Shown piece after piece: positions 55,884-64,000 of a stretch of DNA of 64,000 nucleotides (positions within the stretch are counted from its first letter, which is position 1; every line of letters starts with the position of its first letter). The DNA comes from an uncultured virus (IMG/VR IMGVR_UViG_3300001041_000009). Taxonomy: Duplodnaviria > Heunggongvirae > Uroviricota > Caudoviricetes. The notes below the pieces were generated by a model. The model did not search any database, had not been told where the DNA came from, and worked only from the letters and a program-made list of their open reading frames with translations. A program made the position numbers and the translations under genes. The stretch lies in the IMG/VR virus record IMGVR_UViG_3300001041_000009, positions 1 through 64,000 of that record. One strand, written 5' to 3'.

Positions 55884-57025
55884 TGGATTATTGTGCATTA
55901 GTATTAAGGAATAATTTAACTGTAACTAAAGAGTTTAATGAAACTATCTTTAATAGAATGGAAGATGAATCAAATTTTATTATTACTACATTAGAGAATT
56001 ATCAAGTATTATTTGAAGAAGCCCAAGTCGCTACTAATAATGCTAGTAATCAAACTACTGGTGTATTTGCAAAATTGGCTGAATTCTTTAAGAGAATCTT
56101 TGGTATATTTTCGGAGAAAACAAAATCTATGTTTGAATCAAATAAAGCTTGGATGGATGCAAATTTTAATAAGTTTGATAAAATTGATTATAGTAAGCTT
56201 AAAATACAAATGATACCCTTTTGGAATATGCCAATAAATAGATTGAAAACTGATTTATACACCATTCAGAAACAAACGGATAAGATTATGTCTAATAAAC
56301 AAACACTAGAAAAATATAAGAATTTAGATGAAATCAAAAAGGATATTTATAGTGAATATCTAGATGCTAATGACGATTTGACTAATGGATTGAAAAACTA
56401 TTATCGTGGTGGTAATGCTAAAGGCGTTGAAGCTATCGCCTTAGAAGGAGATAAATTAAAAACCCAAGTTATAGAATTTAAAAATTATTGTTTTAATTAT
56501 GGGAAAGACATCGAGCCCATGGTTAAAGCTTTAATGGATGCTTCAGAAAAGGAATTTCAGCGTGTGGAAAAGGTGTTGAAGACACGTCCAGTATCAGAGA
56601 ATTTCTGTTTAGTTGAAAATACGTTTTATAGTTCAACTGATATTGCTCAGTTGGATAGTTTTATCCTTCTTGAAGCCGATCAACCTAAACAGCCCGAAAA
56701 GACTACTGATGAACCAAAGAAACTTGCCGATACGACAAAAAAAACTAATCATACTGAAGTCACTATTGTAAATAAATCTGATGCTGAACAAAAGAAAACA
56801 GATGAAGTTAATCAAAAATATGATGGGTTATCTACTATTGAATTAATATTTCTTAAAAATAATATGCAGATTAAGCAATTAGTTATATCTGCATTAATGA
56901 CAGTTTTAGAAGAGCGATTTAAAGCTTATATGAATGCATTAAAAGCTATAATTAAAGAAGCTGGTTCAACTGTAGATAATGATCCTGATGAAAAAGGCAC
57001 TAAGAAAGCAATGGGTACTAAATAA
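55883..57025 (+). CDS. internal head protein-like, paralog 4
   Basis: FEE-A...GVFAKLAEFFKRIF amphipathic motif; LKNYYRGG parallels LYRHFRNG in paralog 1. Confidence 0.6.
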   Translation: MDYCALVLRNNLTVTKEFNETIFNRMEDESNFIITTLENYQVLFEEAQVATNNASNQTTGVFAKLAEFFKRIFGIFSEKTKSMFESNKAWMDANFNKFDKIDYSKLKIQMIPFWNMPINRLKTDLYTIQKQTDKIMSNKQTLEKYKNLDEIKKDIYSEYLDANDDLTNGLKNYYRGGNAKGVEAIALEGDKLKTQVIEFKNYCFNYGKDIEPMVKALMDASEKEFQRVEKVLKTRPVSENFCLVENTFYSSTDIAQLDSFILLEADQPKQPEKTTDEPKKLADTTKKTNHTEVTIVNKSDAEQKKTDEVNQKYDGLSTIELIFLKNNMQIKQLVISALMTVLEERFKAYMNALKAIIKEAGSTVDNDPDEKGTKKAMGTK

Positions 57026-57060
57026 AAACTAAAAAGAGAATAGATGAGAGTTAATCTCAT

Positions 57061-58311
57061 CTATTCTGTATATTTTCTAAATTCACATGTAGCATTTATA
57101 GTAAAGTCTTCACCTTGTTTATTAAAGACAATATGATTTTTACTAATACGATAATTACCACCATATTCGGTATTAATCTTTTGATTTTCAAATACAAATA
57201 AGAACTCTTTATTTGGTGTAATTACATCGGTATCAAAATCTCCTATACTGAGAGTTATAATTTTACTATTTTCACTTCTTTGTAATTTAGCCATAGAATT
57301 ACAATATTCATTATTGTTCTTATTGACCATGACTTTGTATGTCCCATCTTTACGTTCAGTTGAATTTGTTCTTAGGTCAGTTGTAATACCAGTTTCTGGA
57401 TTAATAATTAATAGATTATTACCTTCAGTCTGATCTGTAACAATTGAATGACTATGCATTTGTATAGTATTAGGAAGTACATTTATAATAAATTTCTTAT
57501 TAATATCATCCACATAACTTCCTGGAGTAAATACATCACTACTGATAGAATCTCGTATATTAAATACAGTTTGTGTATATTCAGCTAATCTAAATGCTGT
57601 ACACTTAACATTTAAATCAATAAAATACGTACATTCAACATCAAAGAATAATAATAATCCATTCTTATAAAATCCATATGCTTGTTCTAAAGCCAATAAT
57701 CCTCCTAAGAATGGTAGAGGAGGAAATATAACTTCTTCATATACAGTAGTATTGTCTAATGGAGTCATAAGAACTTCGATGAAATGATTAATACCGAGCA
57801 TATGCGTTAAAACATCAGTCATATTACAATTAGAAAATATCTTATTGTTTATACGCCTTGTATTAATAAGGTCCCATTCATTAAATAAATAAAATGTAAA
57901 TTCATTACTTAAATCTTTAGGAGTAGTCTCAGATTTCTCTACCTTCTTAGTTTCGTCATAAGTTGATTGACTCATAAATGGTGTATCTTCATTTAAGTAA
58001 ACTGAAAATATTCTATTGAACACATCGGTTTTAAATTGAAATTGATTACTTTTATCATATATAAACTTCTGTATTCTTAGTTTAAACCTAACACCTAATT
58101 TATTTTTTAATATATTAAAATATACTGTAGGTGTCAATATAGTAGATAATCGTATAATAGGATAGTAATCATCATCATAATCACGTTCAATTGCAATATC
58201 AGTTATATGTTTAGGTTCTATAACTATTGGTACTGGATCATCGGGTAATAATATAACAAAAGATTCTACTATGTATTTATAAAACTTCATATCAGTAGGC
58301 ATATTATTCAT
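57061..58311 (-). CDS. putative virion structural protein (baseplate hub-like)
   Basis: 416-aa beta-rich ORF; variant TACA-N6-TA upstream. Confidence 0.55.
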   Translation of the reverse strand: MNNMPTDMKFYKYIVESFVILLPDDPVPIVIEPKHITDIAIERDYDDDYYPIIRLSTILTPTVYFNILKNKLGVRFKLRIQKFIYDKSNQFQFKTDVFNRIFSVYLNEDTPFMSQSTYDETKKVEKSETTPKDLSNEFTFYLFNEWDLINTRRINNKIFSNCNMTDVLTHMLGINHFIEVLMTPLDNTTVYEEVIFPPLPFLGGLLALEQAYGFYKNGLLLFFDVECTYFIDLNVKCTAFRLAEYTQTVFNIRDSISSDVFTPGSYVDDINKKFIINVLPNTIQMHSHSIVTDQTEGNNLLIINPETGITTDLRTNSTERKDGTYKVMVNKNNNEYCNSMAKLQRSENSKIITLSIGDFDTDVITPNKEFLFVFENQKINTEYGGNYRISKNHIVFNKQGEDFTINATCEFRKYTE

Positions 58312-58406
58312 TTATAAATCATCCACCTTTATATTTATTATTATATATTTGTATACTAAGACAAAAAAAATAAAGACTAAGCATGTAAGCTTAGTCTTTA
58401 TTTATA

Positions 58407-58772
58407 TTAATATGCATTAAAGTGAGTTATTAAAAATTGTTCCGTATTAAATACACCATTCATTTTAAATTGTACTTTACTGATACAAGCTTCAAGAATC
58501 TTTCCCTTAGGAGTATCTAAAATTTCAATAGACCCGCCAAGTATATTGTCTATCCAATAATACTGGATGATCTTAAATGCAATATTACTGAAATTACATA
58601 AGAATGGATCGGCTTTCACATCCCCTATAGAAATCAATTCACCGAACCAAGAATTACGCTGTATCGCTTCTACAATAAGCATATTACTTTTCAATTCTCT
58701 ATCAACTTCTTCTTTGGTAAATTGATGATCTTTGTTTAAATAAAGTAATATAACTTCATAAATTTTAGCCAT
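58407..58772 (-). CDS. degenerate prohead-protease-like protein
   Basis: WFGEL...IAFKIIQYYW..NILGGSIEILDTPKGKIL resembles T4 gp21-type protease, but GELxHP and the S-R-G motif are missing. Confidence 0.55.
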   Translation of the reverse strand: MAKIYEVILLYLNKDHQFTKEEVDRELKSNMLIVEAIQRNSWFGELISIGDVKADPFLCNFSNIAFKIIQYYWIDNILGGSIEILDTPKGKILEACISKVQFKMNGVFNTEQFLITHFNAY

Positions 58773-58796
58773 TAAAATAAACCTCTTTCATTCAAA

Positions 58797-59155
58797 TTAA
58801 CATGCAACAAATTTAGTTATATGAATCTTTCTCGGGGATCTTTTATCATCAAATCCTTGTGGTTTAAATTTTACCGTATTAAAGAGATCACTCAGGATTT
58901 TACCACTAGGGGTATTTAGAATAGTAATAGTGCCCATAGCATATTTCCAATCCAATAATATTTGAGAATCTTAAAAGCAATTCTCTTATTATCAATAATC
59001 AACGGGTCGTTTCCAATTCCGAGTTCACCAAACCATGATCCACAGCGCATTAATTCAGATATATGGTCGGCACCCAATGCAATATCAATTAATTCTTTAG
59101 TAAACCTAATGTCTGTATTTAGATCAAGTAAAACCACATCATGTAATTCATTCAT
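58797..59155 (-). pseudogene. second prohead-protease-like paralog with a 1-nt frameshift
   Basis: After NMLW the homology continues in another frame as GTITILNTPSGKILSDLF...HITKFVAC; the shift is at the G3 run, 58933-58935. Confidence 0.7.
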
Positions 59156-59180
59156 TATAATCCACTTCCATTCAAATATA

Positions 59181-59414
59181 TTATTTTCTTGGTGGGCAAT
59201 TGACTACCTCATCAGCTCTGAGCATAGTTGGTTTACTATAAGGTCTATTCGCAAATTGCTTACGACCCTCTTGATAATCAATTTCATCACTTATCAGTGC
59301 CAACTCTTTACGTATTCGTCTGCAATTAAACCAACCTGTATCGAAAAGTAAATCATCATGTAATTTAAGAGAACGTTCCTTTAGTTTAGGTAGACTTACC
59401 TTACTCAATAGCAA
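59181..59414 (-). CDS. hypothetical protein
   Basis: 77-aa ORF with TTG start behind AAGGAG. Confidence 0.55.
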   Translation of the reverse strand: MLLSKVSLPKLKERSLKLHDDLLFDTGWFNCRRIRKELALISDEIDYQEGRKQFANRPYSKPTMLRADEVVNCPPRK

Positions 59415-59426
59415 TTAAATCACTCC

Positions 59427-60527
59427 TTATATAAATATATTTGTTTTACTTCGTTTAGTAATAAGTTTAGTAGCGGCTGTTAATTCCATCAGAGATAATG
59501 GGTTGTTAATAAAGTACTCATCATTTATCCTTTTTAATGATACATTATCAAATTTATCAATCACTTGTGATGTAATAGTATATAAATCCTTTATATTTAA
59601 TAATTGAAATTGGGTATCTAGATCTATACATTGGTAATTATTGAGTAGTAATTGTTTATACTCTTCCTTTATTATATTTGAAAGAATATTAATGTTATAA
59701 ACATCTTTACCAATTATATTAATACTAATAGCTTTATTAACCATCTTAATGATAGTAGATAAACCTATACGTTTTAATTTCTCAATCGATCGATATTTAT
59801 CTCCTAGTATAGATAATATAAATGGATAATATTGAGCATTGATATTCTTATCATTAACAATTTTACTTTCAAGTTTTAGTTCAGTAATAAGATTTTCTTT
59901 ACTGATAACATAACTATCATCTCTTTTTGGTCTAATAATATAGAAGTTTTTACATGCATATTGATAATCGTACTTATCTGTAGTTACAATGAAATTAATA
60001 TATTCCTCATCTGAACCTTTCGTTATTATGTGAGGTATGAGAGATGATTCTATACCATCACCTTGAATGAGATATACACCCTCCACGTACTCTAATATGA
60101 TTTTAGTGAAGGGTATGGATTCGTTTAATACTGAATTTAATACAAAATTATTTGGATCGCCTGAATACTTATGTTGATAATAAGATCTATACTCAGGTAA
60201 TACTATATGATTTTTATAATGCTTAGTAGATGGATTTCCTGTATAAATATAAACCTTTGAATATACCTTATTCTTTGTGAAGAAGAGTCTATAATGTGCA
60301 GCTAGATTAATTATATTGCTTATTAACTCAAACGATCTGTCTTCTTTAACTTTTAAATATTGATCTATACTAGAACTAGATAACTTATTAATAACTGATT
60401 CTAGATTAATAAATATATTAAACTTAGATGTATTACCAATATGAGAACAATGTTTATCCATTAATTCGTCCAGCTTTTTAAATTTGACTTTAAACATATT
60501 AAAGATAATATCCAAGGGAATCACCAA
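59427..60527 (-). CDS. 5'-3' exonuclease / T4 RNase H-like fold protein
   Basis: PIN-like N-terminus (IFINLES), IVTTDKYDYQ, H3TH-like ILGDKYRSIEKLKRIG. Confidence 0.55.
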   Translation of the reverse strand: MVIPLDIIFNMFKVKFKKLDELMDKHCSHIGNTSKFNIFINLESVINKLSSSSIDQYLKVKEDRSFELISNIINLAAHYRLFFTKNKVYSKVYIYTGNPSTKHYKNHIVLPEYRSYYQHKYSGDPNNFVLNSVLNESIPFTKIILEYVEGVYLIQGDGIESSLIPHIITKGSDEEYINFIVTTDKYDYQYACKNFYIIRPKRDDSYVISKENLITELKLESKIVNDKNINAQYYPFILSILGDKYRSIEKLKRIGLSTIIKMVNKAISINIIGKDVYNINILSNIIKEEYKQLLLNNYQCIDLDTQFQLLNIKDLYTITSQVIDKFDNVSLKRINDEYFINNPLSLMELTAATKLITKRSKTNIFI

Positions 60528-60533
60528 CCGCCC

Positions 60534-60893
60534 CTATTGTTTTATTTCGATCACGTAATTCTCATCTGTATTAAGATATGTATTATTATTTGTAGTTATA
60601 GTAAACCGATTCCTCTTTTTAGCTACAGCTTTCTCAAGTAATTCCAATGATCCATAATCATTTTCTAATAATAAATCAATCAATTTGTCGACTTCTTCAT
60701 CAGTTAAACTAATACCTTTACCTGCTCTATGATCAGATAAATTCATACTACGTATATCTAAGGATGGTGGTTTATCATTCCAGGCAATACGCGCAACCAG
60801 TTTACACCAGTCGTGCTGATCACTCTCTTTTAAAGATCCAATAAATTCAACTATTTCAAATTTAATTTTTTCAGGTTTTTCTTTCTTTGCCAT
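60534..60893 (-). CDS. PC4/YdbC-family ssDNA-binding protein
   Basis: KFEIVEFIGSL..WCK....IAWND..P.LDIR......GKGISLTDEE. Confidence 0.85.
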   Translation of the reverse strand: MAKKEKPEKIKFEIVEFIGSLKESDQHDWCKLVARIAWNDKPPSLDIRSMNLSDHRAGKGISLTDEEVDKLIDLLLENDYGSLELLEKAVAKKRNRFTITTNNNTYLNTDENYVIEIKQ

Positions 60894-60961
60894 ACATAAT
60901 CCCCTCTACAAAAAAATTAAAAAGATATGTGTTACCACATATCTTTTTATTCAGTATCCGA

Positions 60962-61552
60962 TTAATCTTCGATACGGGAAATAATATTTTGAAGTTTATC
61001 AAGGCCGCCAGAATCTTCCCGATCTAAGAACTTGTTTGTTTTGATCACAGTTAAGATACTATCCCGTTTCTTAATCCGGGCGATTTCAGAAATTGTAATC
61101 GCTTGGCTTCTTGGATCGACGGCAAACATTATGCCGATAACTTTGAAGATACTACATTTGAAGTAAATGACATGTTCTCTTGGATTCGAGTTGATCTTGA
61201 AATCTCTGCAAATAGGCTGCATTGCCTCTTTTAACTCAGGGGAAATTTGATAATTTCCCTCTTCCATTCGACTGGCAAGGGCCGAGGAAATTTTATGCAT
61301 TCCGGTATTAACATCCCTGGACTTATCATCAATAAATACGTATAATGACATTTCTGGACGAGCTGATCCGTCGCGGACAACATTAGTCCGTACACCTGAA
61401 ACACGATCAATTTTACATGTATCTACCAGATAGCTGTATAGGAATTCCTCTACTGCGGACCCGGTTATGTTATAGACAACACCAACTGGATCGATCTCGA
61501 CATTTGTTTCGAGTAAATTGTTTGATTTCTTTAAAGTTTGATTTACACTCAT
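60962..61552 (-). CDS. hypothetical protein
   Basis: 196 aa, RBS AGGAGG, early motif at 61619-61628. Confidence 0.75.
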   Translation of the reverse strand: MSVNQTLKKSNNLLETNVEIDPVGVVYNITGSAVEEFLYSYLVDTCKIDRVSGVRTNVVRDGSARPEMSLYVFIDDKSRDVNTGMHKISSALASRMEEGNYQISPELKEAMQPICRDFKINSNPREHVIYFKCSIFKVIGIMFAVDPRSQAITISEIARIKKRDSILTVIKTNKFLDREDSGGLDKLQNIISRIED

Positions 61553-61641
61553 TACAACAACCTCCTACTTTTATTAATCTTTTGTTATGGGAAATATAAC
61601 TTTATATTATCTGTCTTAATAATATATAATTGAAATTAACG

Positions 61642-62520
61642 TTATCTTTTTACACGTTCGTAATCCTCCTTTATAAGTTTAATTATTATAATTCCCCAGT
61701 CGGAATTACTACAGTATATAGGATTTATTTCAGATATACATATAGTCCCATTATCAATATAACGTGTCTTTATGGTTTTACCAAAAGAATGTACTGAATC
61801 CGATTTTGATTTATAACTATATGCAGAAGCATATGCGTCACCATCCAAGGCATTCATACCGAATAAATTATTCTTATCTCTAGCAATAGGTGAAGTGCCA
61901 TTACCACTTTCTAAACGAGCAACTGCTAATGTAAAGAAACCATTAATCTTATATTTATCTTCAACATCAAGTATTGATTTCTCAATTCCTTCTAATTCAG
62001 TATCTTTAAGTAATAACCTTAAATCGTTAATAGTTAGATTTGATCGGGTCCGTATGTCTAAAGTTGTGGAACGTATAAAATCTAAAGGTAACGATCCTCT
62101 AGATATCACGTACTTCTTAATGTTTTCATTATATTTATTTATAGTTATTAAGTAGTCAGAATGAATAAATCCATCCTTAGTCTGATACCATGTTTCCGAC
62201 TTATTAATAACTTCAAGTTTTTGATCTCTAACATATTGAGTAATCTTTTCGGATTCAATAGACGGTGCACTACGTACATTGAGGATATCAGTATCAACAT
62301 AATAAAACTCACTAATTAGTACGGGTTCGGTAATTTTAGGTTCATCCACTTGTGCTATAGTTTGGATTTCAGTAGGTGCATTGTTTTGAGTAGTGGACGG
62401 GGACGATATATTATTTGTATTATACCTAAATGATAAAAATATTAAAGATGTGAGAATAATATATGTTATAGTCATTAAAGTTATTTCAATAGATTTATTT
62501 GTTTTAATCCTTTTTAACAT
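61642..62520 (-). CDS. membrane-anchored SH3b + glucosaminidase (GH73-like) cell wall hydrolase
   Basis: N-terminal TM segment; LNVRSAPS SH3b; AVARLESGNGTS..A.DKNNLFG; late motif at 62552-62563. Confidence 0.85.
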   Translation of the reverse strand: MLKRIKTNKSIEITLMTITYIILTSLIFLSFRYNTNNISSPSTTQNNAPTEIQTIAQVDEPKITEPVLISEFYYVDTDILNVRSAPSIESEKITQYVRDQKLEVINKSETWYQTKDGFIHSDYLITINKYNENIKKYVISRGSLPLDFIRSTTLDIRTRSNLTINDLRLLLKDTELEGIEKSILDVEDKYKINGFFTLAVARLESGNGTSPIARDKNNLFGMNALDGDAYASAYSYKSKSDSVHSFGKTIKTRYIDNGTICISEINPIYCSNSDWGIIIIKLIKEDYERVKR

Positions 62521-62625
62521 TATTATAACAGCTCCTTTTAATTTCTTTCTTTATAGATATGTTTTAGATGTAGTAAGTAATAAAAATTGTGTACATTCAG
62601 ATTTACTGAATGTACACAATTTTAC

Positions 62626-63906
62626 TTATGCAAGCATAATTGTTTTGAATAATTTCTTAATTCCTAATATTGAATCATGTGATATATTTATTACTAATGA
62701 GCCATAACCTCCATCCTCATAGAATTTAGTAAAATCAAATTTAGGATCAACTTTCTGTATTTCTTTCAAATATGTTTTAAAATCATTGATTGCAAAAGTA
62801 CGAGCTTTTTCTGCATCTATACGTTGATCATCAGTGATTCTTGTTTTTTTATTGTAAATTACATCACGTTCAATAATACTAATTAGAGCGAATAAGAATG
62901 CTAAGTTCTTTTTAGCAGCATCATAGTTTTTAGTTTTTAGATTAACTAATAATAATCGATGATTATCTGCGTACTCATCCATATATGATTTCTTCGGTTT
63001 CATTTCATATCTAATATTACCTTCTTTATCGATGTCTAACCCTTCAGTTAATATATTACTTAATAACAGAGTATTCTCCTTTTCATTCATCAGAATATTT
63101 ATTTTACTTATAGTCATAGGAGTTAATTTACTGGGATCAGTAGTTGTAAAGTTATTCTCAACATTCAGATTCTTACAATCATATAATTTGATCATTATAA
63201 CCTCTCCTGCAATATTAGTTTTACCTAGTATATACAATTTATCTTTATTGATACCAAAATATATATCACTACCATATTTATCATGGGTCATATATATATT
63301 ATCAAGTAAATTTCTTAGGCCTGTAAAGGTTAATAAATCTTTACTATCAAGATACAAACTATAATCTTTATTGTAATATTTAATGTTTCTACTAAGTATC
63401 ATTTCTGGTAAATATTCAATTATATTGAATATATCAATATTATCTCTAGGTACATCTTTTAATAGAAATGTTTTATCGTCATTAAACTGATCTCTAACAC
63501 AACTTATTTGGTTGGTCATCATTATAATATTTATTTGATTTTTAAGTTGATCTTTCAGATTGTTTAAATAATTCTTAGTATTAAGTAGATTCATATCGGA
63601 GGATTTAAGAACAGAATCCATTATCTCTTTTGGAAAACTTAATATCGATAACATAGAAGACTCCTTATCTTTAATAGAACTGAGGAAATCATTTAGATGA
63701 TCTTCCATAGATTTAAGAGTATCGAATGAAATAATTTCTTCACTATTTATACTTAACTCACGCCGATGAATGTAGCAATCAAAGAGAACTTCTTGAACTT
63801 TTCTTTCAATATGAAATATGTTACAGCTAAAATGATCTATTAAGTTTTGCAATATACTAATCTGCGCTTTAATATTTTTATCAGTTCCTGATATTTTAGC
63901 ATACAT
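62626..63906 (-). CDS. hypothetical protein, possibly virion-associated
   Basis: 426-aa ORF, start uncertain; hairpin terminator at about 62583-62622. Confidence 0.65.
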   Translation of the reverse strand: MYAKISGTDKNIKAQISILQNLIDHFSCNIFHIERKVQEVLFDCYIHRRELSINSEEIISFDTLKSMEDHLNDFLSSIKDKESSMLSILSFPKEIMDSVLKSSDMNLLNTKNYLNNLKDQLKNQINIIMMTNQISCVRDQFNDDKTFLLKDVPRDNIDIFNIIEYLPEMILSRNIKYYNKDYSLYLDSKDLLTFTGLRNLLDNIYMTHDKYGSDIYFGINKDKLYILGKTNIAGEVIMIKLYDCKNLNVENNFTTTDPSKLTPMTISKINILMNEKENTLLLSNILTEGLDIDKEGNIRYEMKPKKSYMDEYADNHRLLLVNLKTKNYDAAKKNLAFLFALISIIERDVIYNKKTRITDDQRIDAEKARTFAINDFKTYLKEIQKVDPKFDFTKFYEDGGYGSLVINISHDSILGIKKLFKTIMLA

Positions 63907-64000
63907 AGTATAACAGATATCTGATATAATATTGTAGAATATCTCATTATCCTCCTGAGTACTTGGACCTACAATAAAATGTCCATATAGAAAAACCGTT

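Overview
An AT-rich segment of a phiKZ-related jumbo phage, most like the AR9/PBS1 group and probably infecting a Bacillota host. Bases 1-15.3 kb are a leftward, early-type accessory region. It holds about 14 paralogous genes built from a 24-aa DUF4116-like repeat, an AcrIII-1/DUF1874-like gene and an inserted two-gene tail-like island. Bases 15.4-23.5 kb are one multisubunit RNA polymerase beta-like gene (about 1476 aa after splicing) broken by six group I introns. One exon is only 20 nt. The introns carry cargo at the same stem-loop: one sense HNH endonuclease and two antisense non-nuclease genes, each with an early-promoter-like motif, one of them ADP-ribosyltransferase-like. Bases 29.5-58 kb are a virion module: a 3276-aa tape-measure-like protein with C39 peptidase and lysozyme-like domains, SH3 proteins, RusA and a family of internal head proteins. 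A seventh group I intron splits a structural gene and carries TnpB with no transposase, a candidate RNA-guided homing intron. Two promoter motifs recur: TATATATTAT (early-like) and AACA-N6-TA (AR9 late-like). All family assignments come from motifs recognised by eye; no database search was run.
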